Part shown: in pieces, positions 1 to 13,001 of the stretch
Layout of the letters: each line of letters begins with the position of its first letter
How positions within the stretch are numbered: the first letter of the stretch is position 1
Assembly (NCBI RefSeq): GCF_009914755.1
Contig: NC_060945.1
DNA from: the human T2T-CHM13v2.0 reference genome, Homo sapiens
Strand: one strand, 5' to 3'
DNA: 64,000 bases
Position numbers and translations under genes: made by a program
The notes under the pieces: model-generated
What the model was told of the DNA's origin: nothing
Databases searched by the model: none
Seen by the model: the letters and a program-made list of their open reading frames with translations, nothing else

Positions 1-672
1 GGTGATGATGGCAGTGGTGGTGGTGGTGATGGTAGTGGTGATGATGTTGATGGTGATGATGGCAGTGGTGGTGGTGGTGATGGTGGTGGTGATGGTGGTA
101 GCGGTGATGGTGGTGGTGGTGATGATGGTGATGGTAGTGGTCATGATGGTGGTGATGGTGGTGGTGATGATGATGGTGATGATAGTGGTTGTGCTGGTAA
201 TGTTGGTGGTGGTGATGGTAGTGGTGGTAGTGGTGATGTTGGTGATGATGGTGATGTGGTGGTGGTGATTGTGATGGTGGTGGTGTTGGTGATGGTGGTA
301 GTGATGGTGATGATGATGGTGATTCTGATGGCTGTAATGGAAGTGGTGGTGATGGTGGTGGTGATGGTAGTGGTGGTGATGTTGATGGTGATGATGGCAG
401 TGGTGGTGGTGGTGGTGGTGATGGTAGTGGTGGTGATGTTGATGGTGATGTTGGCAGTGGTGGTGGTGGTGATGGTGGTGATGGTGCTTCTGATGGTGGT
501 AATGGTGGTAGCGGTGATGGTGGTGGTGGTGGATGGTAATGGTGATGGTGACAGTGGTGGTAGTGATGGTAGTGGTGGTGCTGGTGCTGGTGGTGGTGAC
601 GATGGTGGATGTGGTGGTGGTGATGATAGTGATGATGGTGATTATGATGGCAATAGTAATGACGATGGTGAC
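1..672. repeat. (GGT/GAT)n low-complexity trinucleotide repeat in TRPM2 intron 22
   Basis: Almost pure GGT/GAT/AGT triplets; explains the poly-Val/Met ORFs 2..268 and 256..696. Confidence 0.95.
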
Positions 673-1439
673 AATGTGAGGACCTTAATGAACTAGCTGA
701 TGTCAAAGCCCCTTCTAGCTCCCATTCTGAGTGAACTAGATACACGTGTCCTGTTTGCTTGAGTCTGGGCATGATGACTTCCAGTTGAGCCCTTGGCATG
801 CTCTTTGCCTAGAACAGTCTTCTCCCAGAGAGAGTCAGGACTTGCTGTCTCTCTCTATTCAAGCCTCACTTCATTGGAGGGCCTTTCCTGCCCTCCACCC
901 ACCCTGTCCCCATCCCCTGTCGTTCTGGAATCTGGATGTTGGTTGGTTGGCTGGTGGGTTTGTGGGTTGTGTCATGTCTAACTGCCAGGCTCCATGTGAG
1001 AGTAGGGACAGAGTCCCACATGTTCCCCATAGTATCCTGGGATGTAGAGCAGGCCCAGTGCCTAGAAGGCACTGAGGAAATCCTATGCAATTCTGGAACT
1101 GCTGTTAGTTCCTGGCCTGGCAGGGTTGCAGGAGGCTGGGGTCGCTGGTCTCCAGGCCTGCTCAGCCCTGACGTTTGGCTCTGATGGTCCACTTACAGAG
1201 GAGGGGGGCCTGGGGCCATGCAGTGCCCTGACAACCTTCTCTTACTTGCTGTCGCCAAGTACAGCTTTGATGGATGGCCTCGTCTGGGACTTTGAGCAGT
1301 GGCCATGCCCAGGGCCCAGATGCTGGGGGAAGGTGCTTGGGAGAGTTTCTGAAAGGCGGCCTCTGCATGTCAGGATGAAGCTGGAAGGCCACAGCTCTGC
1401 TGATGACCAACATAGTCAGGGCTGGAATATGATGGCTGG

Positions 1440-1620
1440 CATGTGTTAAGGGCTCATTGAGGACCACACCCTTCACCTGCATCATCTCGCTCAACCCTTT
1501 TGCAGAGGGAGGTATTTTTCCTTCCACTTTTACCCATGAGGAAGTGGAGGCCCAGGAAAGTGAGAGAGGTGGCTCAGCTTCCACCACTGGCCAGCGGTGT
1601 GGCCTGGAATGCAGGCCCCA
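1440..1620 (+). mobile_element. MIR fragment
   Basis: MIR-core-like ccacttttacccatgaggaagtggaggcccagga. Confidence 0.5.
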
Positions 1621-1679
1621 GCAACTTTGCAGCCTCCTGCCTTAAGGGAGTGGGCTGGACCCCAAATGAATCAGTCCCA

Positions 1680-1990
<311 letters not shown>

Positions 1991-2130
1991 TCAGCTCCTG
2001 CCCTATCCCAGACATCTTAAAGCTCAGAGCTGGTCTGCTGCCTATTTCCCAGCCTAGGTGCTCAGTGGAAGTTGGGCGCCTCCAGTTATTTTCTGAGGTT
2101 GAAAAAGCTTAACTAAAATATAAATTTGCA

Positions 2131-2560
2131 GGCCAGGCACAGTGGCTCATGCTTGTAATCCCAACATTTTGGGAGGCTGAGGTGGGAGGATTGCTCGAGC
2201 CCAGGAGTTCAAGACCAACCTAGGCAACATAGTGAGACCCCCATCTCTACAAAAAATAAAAATAACAATTAGCCAGGCACGGTGGCTCATGCCTGTGATC
2301 CCAGCTACTAAGGAGGCCACAGCAGGAGGATTTCTTGAGGCCAAAAGTTTGAGACCAGCCTGGGTAACATAGTGAGACCCCATCTCTACAAAAAATAAAA
2401 AAACAACAACAAAAAAGGAAAGAGTAGCCAGGTGTGGTGGTGCACATGGGGTCAGAGTCCCAGCTGCTCAGGAGGCTGAGGCCAGGGGTTCGAGGCTGCA
2501 GTGCGCCATGATGGTGCCACTGCACTGCAGCCTGGGTGACAGGGTGAGACCCTGACTCTA
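2131..2560 (+). mobile_element. Old AluJ/FLAM-like cluster of three monomers (left-left-right)
   Basis: Two left arms (2131, 2271), each ending catagtgagaccccatctctacaaaaaataaaa, then a deleted right arm from 2426. Confidence 0.85.
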
Positions 2561-3364
2561 ATGCATATTTGTATGTGAGTAGAAGTTTTCCCAAGATGAG
2601 CCTGCAGAACGTGTTTCCGCTGGGCCGCTGGCTGGTGTGCTGAGCTGTCACTCCCATTGGTCAGCAGCTCTTGCTCATCCGCAGAGGGGCCTGGGACAGA
2701 AGCTGATGTGCTTCAGTCGACCTGATCTTGCAGAACACGGGCTCCAGGGAAAGTGAGGAAAGAGCTCCTCAGCCCGTACCAAGGGCCCTAGCCTGGTCAC
2801 CGTCCCCTCCTCCAGTGAAGAAGCTGGGCACCTGGGAGGCGCATGAGTGTGGGGTGCCATAACCTTGCAGCACTGAGGTGAGCTGAGTTCACCAAAGCTC
2901 CTCGCCCACAGGGCAGGGCTGGAGCTTTGGGGGTCAAGGACAAGCTCTGTCTGCAAATCTAGACAGTTCCTGCATCTCACGGTGGTGGAATCACGCGGGT
3001 CCGAGAAGGCTCCAGTAACCACCCTCGCATGTTTGCAAGGCTGTCTGGGAAAACATGGCAGGTGCGGTTAAGCGGCTTTTGTGGGATTAAGCAAAATGAA
3101 ATGTGGGTGAAAGGAGATGCCCAGGCCTGGAGCGAAATCACTTTCTTCCCTCTCCCTAGATAACTGTTTAAAGTGGGTCATATCCCCAGAAAGTTTCTGT
3201 GTTACTAAAATAGTTGCTCAGTGTATTATAAGAATATCACTTGCAGTGGGCGCTGTGGATGAAAGGAAGTGAGGGAGCCCAGGGGACAGCGGATGAGAGC
3301 TGGAGACTCGGGTTTGCCCACAGAGTTATTTTAACCATAAACACAGCAGGCCGAGGCTGGGCGA

Positions 3365-3775
3365 AACAAAATAAGACAGAAACCAAACATTTCCAGAATA
3401 ATAGCGCCGCTCTACAACCCCACAAAATAAGACAGAAGCCAAATACTCCCAGAAAAACAGCGCTGCTCCACAACCCCCACAAAATACGACAGACACCAAA
3501 CATCCTTAGAACAGCAGCACTGCTCCACGACCCCCACAAAATAAGACAGAAACCAAACATTTCCAGAATAATAGCGCCGCTCTACAACCCCACAAAATAA
3601 GACAGAAGCCAAATACTCCCAGAAAAACAGCACTGCTCCACAACCCCCACAAAATACGACAGACACCAAACATCCTTAGAACAGCAGCACTGCTCCACGA
3701 CCCCCACAAAATAAGACAGAAACCAAATATTCCCCAAGCAACAGTGCCGCGCCACATCACCCCCAAAACAAAACC
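3365..3775. repeat. 56-57 bp minisatellite with 170-bp higher-order (trimer) structure
   Basis: Monomers at 3371, 3427, 3484, 3541, 3597, 3654, 3711 in order A-B-C-A-B-C-A'. Confidence 0.92.
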
Positions 3776-4115
3776 AACCTCTGCTGTGCCCAGAGGAAGT
3801 TTCATTGTTTGTGACCTGTCACCTGGCCCTCCCTCAGTTCACTCACCTCCCCCTCTCTCCTGGGACCGACAGGCTGCCAGAGCTTGCCATGTGAGCCTCG
3901 GCTGTCCGTCTGCTGAGACATCTTCCCCTCTGGGGCCCTGGGCAGTTTGGTTCTATGGGAGAAATGCATGTTAGAAATAGTTTCATATTAAGAGGAAGCA
4001 AAGGCTGACACAGGGCCTTGGTGGCTGCATCTGGCAGGGCTGTCTGCAGAGCGGTGTGGCGTTCCCAGGGCCCCAAGGTGTGGTGTGCGTCCAGCTCAGC
4101 TGCTTCCTCTTTCAG

Positions 4116-4203
4116 GGTTGACGCCATGGTGGACCTGCTGGACCTGGACCCACTGAAGAGGTCGGGCTCCATGGAGCAGAGGTTGGCCTCCCTGGAGGAG
4201 CAG
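4116..4203 (+). CDS. TRPM2: TRPM2 coding exon 23
   Basis: ttcag|G GTT GAC... encodes VDAMVDLLDLDPLKRSGSMEQRLASLEEQ, ends CAG|gtgggt; matches the TRPM2 C-terminal coiled-coil region. Confidence 0.96.
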
Positions 4204-5322
4204 GTGGGTCCGAGGTCGGGGCCTCCGTCAGGAGGTGCCACTGCTGGGCCTGGTGGGCGGCTCTGCCATGTGGTGGCACCAAGAAGGAGGGCTCTGAGGA
4301 GTGATGGTGAGGAGGAGGCCGGAACGTTGGGGCAGCCATTCCCAGCTGGAAGAGGCACCCTGTGTGTCCTCCAGAAAACCCCGCCCAAGGGTTTCTGTGA
4401 CTGAGTTCCTTCTGTGTGCACTGAGGCCTCCACGGCCGGGCTGTGCTCCTCGCTGCTCCCAGGAAACAGAGTGCTTCTCCCCTCCCGGCCTCCAGGGAGG
4501 CTGTGGGACTCTGTGCCTGAGCCCTGGAGAGGCCGCAAGACCGAGGTGGGGAGGACTTAGAGACGGCCTCTCAGGGTCTGCTCCCACCACCCCATCAACG
4601 TCCACCAGCTGGGCCGGGCTGTGCTGTCCAACAACAGCACCTGCGGCCACGGCAGCCCCTGCGGGCAGTGCTGAGCCCTGTGGATGGCTCAGCCACCCTG
4701 TGCTGCTGCTCCCAGCCTTGCTCTGTGGGGCAGGGCTGGGACCTGTGCTGCTGGGGCATCCACCATCCACCAGTCCTGCCCGTTGCACCCAGGGGTCTGC
4801 CCAGGCCGCCCTCTACCCCTGTCTTGGCCATGCTGGGACCCCTGACAGGGTGCCCAGCACTGAGCCACACGAGTGAGACATGTCCCACTGTCCCCTGTGG
4901 GAGGCGCATCAGCCTCTGGGGAGGCTCCTCCTGGGAGGTGCAGGAACCCTGGAAGCCTCTGGCTTTGGCGGCCTGTGACCTCTCCCTGTGGTGCAGAATT
5001 GCCTGACTGTGCCTTCATGCTGGCTCCATCCTCTGGCTTGTCCAGTGCAGTGACAGTCCCACTGTTGTGTCTCTTGGGGAGGCTGCACCATCAGATGTGT
5101 GACTTGGCAGCCCCCGGGGGGAGCCGGGTGGGCCTGGGGCAGCGTTCTGGCTGGCTTGGTGGCTGCCTGGGGAGGACGTGGTGTCTCACTTTCAAAGGGC
5201 GCAGGGGCTGAGTGACAGGGGTGGGGCTCCTGGCTGGGGGAGTGAAGTCTCGGTGGGCAGTGGGGTGTGTACCATGCGTGTGGGTGGCAGGTGCTCACTG
5301 TGTCTCGGGCCATGCCTTCCAG

Positions 5323-5410
5323 GTGGCCCAGACAGCCCGAGCCCTGCACTGGATCGTGAGGACGCTGCGGGCCAGCGGCTTCAGCTCGGAGGCGGACGTC
5401 CCCACTCTGG
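5323..5410 (+). CDS. TRPM2: TRPM2 coding exon 24
   Basis: ttccag|GTG..., VAQTARALHWIVRTLRASGFSSEADVPTL, G|gtgagt; phase matches neighbours. Confidence 0.96.
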
Positions 5411-5569
5411 GTGAGTGGGTGGCCAGGCCAGCAGCTGGTCTCCAGCCGCCTGTTTCTTTTGGGTCTGGGGTCAGTTGGGAGGAGAGGCAGCTGGGGGTGG
5501 GGGGCTCTGTCCAGGAGGAAGGCACTGGCTGCAGCCTGTTCCAGGCAGGGCCAGCGCCCTCAGGAACTC

Positions 5570-6360
5570 AGCCCACCCACCGACGCTGGCGCCGAGGCCC
5601 CGCCCAATCCCTGACCTGACCTGGTTCCTGGACGTCCACGGGGAGGCCTGGCCTGCTGTGCCCTGAGCTCCCCACATACCGCACTGCAGAGTGGGGGTGC
5701 GAGGCGGGCGGCTGCAGACTGTGTCTGAACCTGGTCACGTAGGCTGAGTGACGAGAAGCAAAGTCTGTTTTCCTAAATTCGCAGCCGGCTATGAAATGCA
5801 CATCAGTAGCCTTCCTCGGGCTGCTGAGTTTCGCCGGCCCTCAAGGAGCATATTTGCCCTCGTAACCGCACTGCGAGTTCAGCTCATTGCCGAGGGCCCT
5901 GACTGCCGCTGCACAAAGAGGCAGGTGCCGGCGGGGACGCTGCCTGAGCTCCCGTGGCTGTCCTCCCTGGGGGCCCTGCCCACTTCAGAGCTGGTGTTCG
6001 ACCTGCATGGCCATTTGGGCTCGGGGAGGTGGAGGAGCCCAGATGTTTTGGCGGAAGGACCACAGAGGAAGTCCTTGTCCTGCGGGCGGGCACCTGAGCC
6101 CGGGCTCCGCCTTGCGTCACGTCTTCCTGACTGTCCCCAGCCTCCCAGAAGGCCGCGGAGGAGCCGGATGCTGAGCCGGGAGGCAGGAAGAAGACGGAGG
6201 AGCCGGGCGACAGCTACCACGTGAATGCCCGGCACCTCCTCTACCCCAACTGCCCTGTCACGCGCTTCCCCGTGCCCAACGAGAAGGTGCCCTGGGAGGT
6301 GAGCGCCTGCCCAAGCCCAACCAGGCGGAGTGGCCGGGCCCCTGGGGAGGGGAGGGCGGC
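5570..6360. promoter_or_regulatory. CpG-rich intragenic region (intron 24-exon 25); likely shared promoter of TRPM2-AS and truncated TRPM2-TE
   Basis: Local CpG enrichment, GC boxes (ccccgccc ~5597, gggcggg ~6084), TTGCGTCA at 6112-6119; promoter role is recalled literature knowledge. Confidence 0.55.
6141..6298 (+). CDS. TRPM2: TRPM2 coding exon 25
   Basis: ccccag|CC TCC CAG..., (A)SQKAAEEPDAEPGGRKKTEEPGDSYHVNARHLLYPNCPVTRFPVPNEKVPWE, GAG|gtgagc; start of NUDT9-H. Confidence 0.96.
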
Positions 6361-7130
6361 CCTGTCCCCATCCATCTGGTATTAATCCTGGCTCTCAGCC
6401 ACTGCAGCCACAGGGGGATCTGTGCGTCTGGCAGCCCCTGTTTGACATTTGAGGAAACCGAGGCACAGAGAAGTCAAGTCACAGGGGCCTCACAGCTGGA
6501 GGTGGTGGAGGGGCCTGAGGGGGGCACACTGATCCCCACAGAGCTCGAGGCTTAGGCTCCTCCCATGACCATCCCAGGGCCCAGCCCCCCGGCCCCATTC
6601 CCCCAGGTCATGCCCTGGTCCTAGACCCCACCCACCCCGGTGAATGGCTCTGGCCCCTTTCCAGGTGCCAGGCATGGAAGAGAGACAGAGACACAGAGAC
6701 AGAGAGATGGCTAATGGCCCCTGGGAGACCCCCGCCCTCCTGGTGCAGGGCTTCTCTCTGGCCTATCCAGAACATTCCAGGCTGCTGCTTCCGCTGCCTC
6801 CCCTTGGTCTCTACCACATAGAATCCTCCTTGCCTCTAGGGTCCAGCTTAGCCCCCTGCCCCACTCTGGGAAGACCCCCAAGGCCCCCAAGTCACGGCCA
6901 CCTGCCCTTCAGCTGGCCCCAGGGTGGGGGTCCCTGATCCCAGCCCCCGGCCCTGCCCAGCCCCCAGCTCTGCCTGGCACCCGGATCTGCCCAGCTTGGA
7001 GCTTCTGCCCTGCATGTTGGGATGTTGGGGTCGGGTTCAGACCCAGCTGAGCAGCCCTTTCACCCTGGTGCCTGGCCCAGCTTTGCAGTGGGGGTAAAAA
7101 TCTGAGGGAAAACTCCCTGTTTTGCGACAG

Positions 7131-7207
7131 ACGGAGTTCCTGATCTATGACCCACCCTTTTACACGGCAGAGAGGAAGGACGCGGCCGCCATGGACCCCA
7201 TGGGAGA
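7131..7207 (+). CDS. TRPM2: TRPM2 coding exon 26
   Basis: gacag|ACG..., TEFLIYDPPFYTAERKDAAAMDPMG, GA|gtgagt. Confidence 0.96.
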
Positions 7208-7480
7208 GTGAGTATGAGCCGCTGTCCGTGCTCCCAGCTGGCCCCAAACCCAGGGCCTCCTAGGGGCTCCCTTGAGAATCCCAGTCAGAGCCCAGCCCGG
7301 GGAGGTCCAGGTGAGCAGGAGGGGCCCGTGGGGGCCTGAAGGGGCCCAGCTCCTACTGTTGTGTACACCCAGCCTGCAGCTACTCGGCTGGGCCCTTGGT
7401 GGGGGGGTGATCCCTCTGCCTGTCTGCTCTGTCCCACCTGCAACACGGGCACACAGACACGCCTTCTCCTCTGCTCCCAG

Positions 7481-7582
7481 CACCCTGGAGCCACTGTCCA
7501 CGATCCAGTACAACGTGGTGGATGGCCTGAGGGACCGCCGGAGCTTCCACGGGCCGTACACAGTGCAGGCCGGGTTGCCCCT
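7481..7582 (+). CDS. TRPM2: TRPM2 coding exon 27 (102 nt; skipped in the TRPM2-deltaC isoform)
   Basis: cccag|C ACC..., TLEPLSTIQYNVVDGLRDRRSFHGPYTVQAGLP, CT|gtgagt; symmetric phase 2-2, 34 codons. Confidence 0.96.
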
Positions 7583-8825
7583 GTGAGTGTGCCCCCTGCG
7601 GGCCCCGCCCCGTCAGCCTTTGGGGTTTGCCTGGGGGGCAGGTTTCCTCTCTGGGCAAAGGAAGCATTTTTCTCATAAAACAAAATCAAAAAAAGCACGT
7701 GAGCCACCGAAAGGAAGAAAACATCAACTCACTGCATCTCCGTAGCCCCCAGGACTGGGCTTGGGGGCGTGGGACTTGCCCCCTGGCCTCGGGCAGGCCC
7801 TGCCCCATGGTCCCTGCCGTAATCTGGGGACGTGGATTTGTCTGTGTACGTGGGGATGGCTGTGCTGGGAGAGGACGATGCCTCAGAGGATGGGCAGGGG
7901 CTGTGCGGCAGGGAGGGGACACGGAGATGGGCACTGGCAGGCTTACCTGGCCGGGAAGGTGGCCTCGCCTGGCATCCTGTTCCCCACAGGATCGGCGCTG
8001 CACCCATCACACAGGTGAGGAAACCCAAAATAAAGGTGTCAAGTGTCCTGTGAGCACCTACAAGTGCCCTGGAAGGAAGGAGCCTGGGAGTCTTGGACCC
8101 TGCCATGAGGAGGAGGTGGAGGAGGGGCCACCAGAACCTGGGACTGGGGGGTTGCCGGGATGTGGGGCATGAACCATGGAGCAGAGGAACCAAAGGGTCT
8201 GAAGGACGGGGGGACTGCGTGGCAGGCCTTTGCAGAATGCTCTGGAACAGGGTGTGGGCTCCTCTGCCTGGAGCCGGAGGTTGAGTAAGGAGGTGGTAGG
8301 AGGCGATGGGGCCTGAGAGCAGAGGTCCTGGCCAGGTGGCTGCAGCTGCAGGCGGCCCGCTCTGGTGTTGGGGGTATGTGGGACGGGCAAGGGCGGGTGT
8401 TTAGGGAGGTGCATCCGGTGGCTATGGGAAGCTGACGAGGAGAGCAGCAGGTGCCTGGCATGGGCAACAAGGCGTGAGCACCTGCTCTCACGGGTGGCTG
8501 CCACACAGGCAGGTGTGTCAGGACTTGGCAGGACGTGGTGTCCATGCGGGCTTTAGTAGTGCAGAAGAGCACTTTCTGTATGCACCATGCTTCTGTTGTG
8601 GACTTGCGAATCATATTTTCATTATATTTCCTTAGGTGTGTTCTCTTTCTATGAAATTATAAAGACACACCTTCCTATATTCATTTGATACATTTTAAAA
8701 TTAGTTTTTTTCACTGAGACTTTAATACAGCTGAAGGCTGATTGTATAAGGTGTGAGGAGGGGCCTGATTTATTTTGTGAATTCACAGAGAAAGTGAGCT
8801 GCCTGACTTCATTTCCTGCTAAGAT

Positions 8826-9338
8826 CTGGCCCCTCCCCTGAGGTGTGGCTCCTCCCTGAGGTGTGGCTCCTCCCCTTAGGTGTGGCTCCTCCCCTTAGGT
8901 GTGGCTCCTCCCCTTAGGTCTGGCCCCTCCCCTGACGTGTGGCTCCTCCCTGAGGTGTGGCTCCTCCCCTGAGGTGTGGCTCCTCCCTGAGGTGTGGCTC
9001 CTCCCTGAGGTGTGACTCCTCCCCTTAGGTGTGGCTCCTCCCTGAGGTGTGACTCCTCCCCTTAGGTGTGGCTCCTCCCCTTAGGTCTGGCCCCTCCCCT
9101 GAGGTGTGGCTCCTCCCTGAGGTGTGGCTCCTCCCCTTAGGTCTGGCTCCTCCCTGAGGTGTGGCTCCTCCCCTGAGATGTGGCTCCTCCCTGAGGTGTG
9201 GCTCCTCCCCTTAGGTGTGGCTCTTCCCTGAGGTGTGGCTCCTCCCTGAGGTGTGGCTCCTTCCCTGAGGTCTGGCTCCTCCCTGAGGTGTGGCTCCTCC
9301 CCTTACGTCTGGCTCCTCCCCTGAGGTGTGGCTCCTCT
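8826..9338. repeat. 19-20 bp minisatellite (GAGGTGTGGCTCCTCCC(C)T)n, ~26 copies
   Basis: Directly visible tandem array in intron 27. Confidence 0.96.
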
Positions 9339-9683
9339 TTCAAAGCTCTGTATGCCTCTGTCCCAGTCATCTCATAGCAGATCATGCCACTATTTGCCAC
9401 AGCGTTGCAGTAATCCTGACTCTGGGATAGCATGTCTTTAAACCTGCCTTTTCTAGTCTTGAGCCTTTAGCTTTTTTGTGAGTTTAAAAGCCAGTTTTTC
9501 TAGCTCCATGACAAATCCATTGATAAGAATTGTATTAAATTTATAGAAAAATTTGAGACAATGGACACTTTTATGATAATGAGTCTTCTATGACTGTATT
9601 TGTCAACATTTATTTATGTCTTCTCTTTGTCCTTCCCTAAAGTTTTATAATTTTGTTCATAAAGATCTTACATTTTTAAATAA

Positions 9684-10085
<402 letters not shown>

Positions 10086-10889
10086 TAAAAATATATATAG
10101 GGGCATTATTAATTTTGTTTGCTGACTTTGTATCTAACAACTTTATTAAACCTTCTCGTTAATTATATAAATGTGTTTGTAGATTTTCTATGTAAATAAT
10201 ATATATTCTGCAAATAACAATATTGTCTTTCTCCTTACAATAATCATGCCTCATTCCTTTTTCTTGCCTTATTGTGCTGGGTAAATTCTTCAGTGTAATT
10301 TAGAATATTGGTAATATTAACAGGCTTCCTTGTTTCTGACTTAATGGAAATGCTATCAACATTTCACCATTAAGTATGGTATTTACTGAAGAAATTTATA
10401 AATACCTTTTATTGGATTAGGAATGTTTCTATCTAGTCCCAATTTGTCAGGGGCTGAATGCTACTAAATGGTTTTTCTGCCATTGATTGAGATAGTTATA
10501 AGATGTTTCCCCTTTAGCCAATTAGTGTGTGAATTATTTTTATAGCTCCTTTAGTGTTGAGCCATCCTTGCATTCCTGGAATAAACTCTTCTGTTATATT
10601 TAACGTACTGCTGGAGTTAATTTACTAACATTTTACTTAAGATTTTAAAAAATCTGTGTTCAAAAGTGGAATTTGCCTATAATTTATATTTCTTGTACTG
10701 TCTTACTTTGGTTTTGGTATGAGGTTATACCAGTCTCAATGAATGAGCTGGTCAGCTTTCCTTCTTTTCTCTTCTTTACAAAGAAGAGAATGTTTGTATG
10801 AGGTGGAGATAATTATTTGTTTCTTAAAGTCTGATAATACTTAGCTATATAACTGTTAGCTCTAACATATTTTGAGCAAGTGGATTTCT

Positions 10890-11199
<310 letters not shown>

Positions 11200-11753
11200 G
11201 AGCAAGTGGATTTCTAACTACTTTATCTTCCATAATGATTTTTCGAATCTTATTTCCTGTTTCTTCTTGGGTCCTTTTTAGTAATTGTAAATTTTCTGGA
11301 AAATTATAATTTCATCTAACTTTTGAAATGTATTGTGTCACAGATGTCCATAATATTCTTTTATGATTTAAAAAATAATATAAATATATAGTAATTTCTC
11401 TTTTGAGCATTGATATTTATTATGTATTTCTCTTCTTTTTTTTTTTGATTATTCTTGCCAGTGGCTTAATTTTATAATCTTTTCAAAAAACTAACTTTTG
11501 GATTTGTTGATTATCTTAATTTTTCGATCTCATCCATTTTTGCTTTTATTGTTATCTTTCCTTCCTTTCTACTTCTTATGGATTTGCTCTTGATTTGTGT
11601 GTTAGAGCTCATTTTTATTCAACTTTCCTGGTTTTCTAATAAGGGTACCTAAGACTGTAAATTCTCTCTAAGACCTGGTAGGCTGTAACCCTTAAATTTT
11701 GATGTGTAGGGATTTTATTTTTTACTTTATGAATTTCATTATAATCTTCATTT

Positions 11754-11908
11754 TACACTTTTGTTTTGCTCTTTTTTTTTTTTCTTTTTGTGGAGAATGA
11801 GGTCTTGCTCTATTGCCCAGGCAGATCTTAAGCTCCTGGGCTCAAGCTATCCTCCTGCCTCTGCCTCCTCAAGTGCTGGGATTACAGATGTGAGCCACCA
11901 CGCCCAGC
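11754..11908 (-). mobile_element. Alu monomer (FLAM-like)
   Basis: Single left-arm monomer; degenerate TSD ataatcttcattt/atagtcttcattt. Confidence 0.8.
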
Positions 11909-11934
11909 ATAGTCTTCATTTGATTGTTTAGTGA

Positions 11935-12246
<312 letters not shown>

Positions 12247-12396
12247 ATGTGCTTATAGTTTTTAAGCCATTCTTTGTTATCACCTTCTAGTTTTATTGCA
12301 TTTTTGTTGGAGCGGGATTGGCAACACGCTGATTCTTGAAATTGAAATGTCCTCCGTGGCCCGTCTCTACCCTGGGTTGTTGCAGCTGTTTGGCTG

Positions 12397-12471
12397 TAAC
12401 CCTAAACTAACACCTAACCCCTAACCTTAACCCTAACCCTAATCCTAACCCCTAACCTTAACCCTAACCCT
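12397..12471. repeat. Short interstitial telomere-like (CCCTAA)n tract
   Basis: taaccctaaactaacacctaacccctaaccttaaccctaaccctaatcctaacccctaaccttaaccctaaccct. Confidence 0.85.
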
Positions 12472-12593
12472 CTTGGCCCATTCACAACAGCAGCCTGTGT
12501 GAGCTTGTCTGACTCAAGTCATTCACACACTCAGATGCCCTTTCTGGTATAGGAGTGACTGTCCCCACGTCTGTCTGGGGCCAGCCCCCTCAC

Positions 12594-13001
12594 TGTATTA
12601 GTTTTCTATGGCTGTTGTAACTAAGTACCACAAACTGGGGGGCTTAACAGAAATGGATTATCTCACAGTTCTGAGGGCCAGGAGTCTGAAATCAAGGACC
12701 ACACTCCCTCTGAGGGCTTGAGGGGAGACCTCTTCCTGCCTCTCCAGCTCCTGGTGTTCCTGGCAGCCCTTCGTGTTCCTTGGCTTGTGATCTCTGCCTC
12801 CCTAGCCACATGGCCTCTCCCTGCACGTGTCTGTGTCTCTTCTGTTCTTAGGATTATAAATCGTACTGGGTTTAGGGCCAACCCTATTCCAGTGTAGCTT
12901 CATCTTAACTAATTACACCTGCAGACACTATTTCTGAACAAGGCCAGATTCTGAGGTTCTGGGAAGGACATACATTTGTGGGCATTGTTCACCCCAGTGC
13001 A
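12594..13001 (-). mobile_element. MLT1-family MaLR LTR
   Basis: tgtattagttttctatggctgttgtaactaagtaccacaaactggggggctta...ctcacagttctg...gaagtc-like, typical of MLT1. Confidence 0.8.

Noticed and set aside
2-696. Poly-Val/Met hydrophobic ORFs
   Set aside because: Direct translation of the (GGT/GAT)n simple repeat
3365-3775. CRISPR-like appearance of this and other arrays (also 61880-62560)
   Set aside because: Human DNA, contiguous tandem units with no unique spacers and no cas genes
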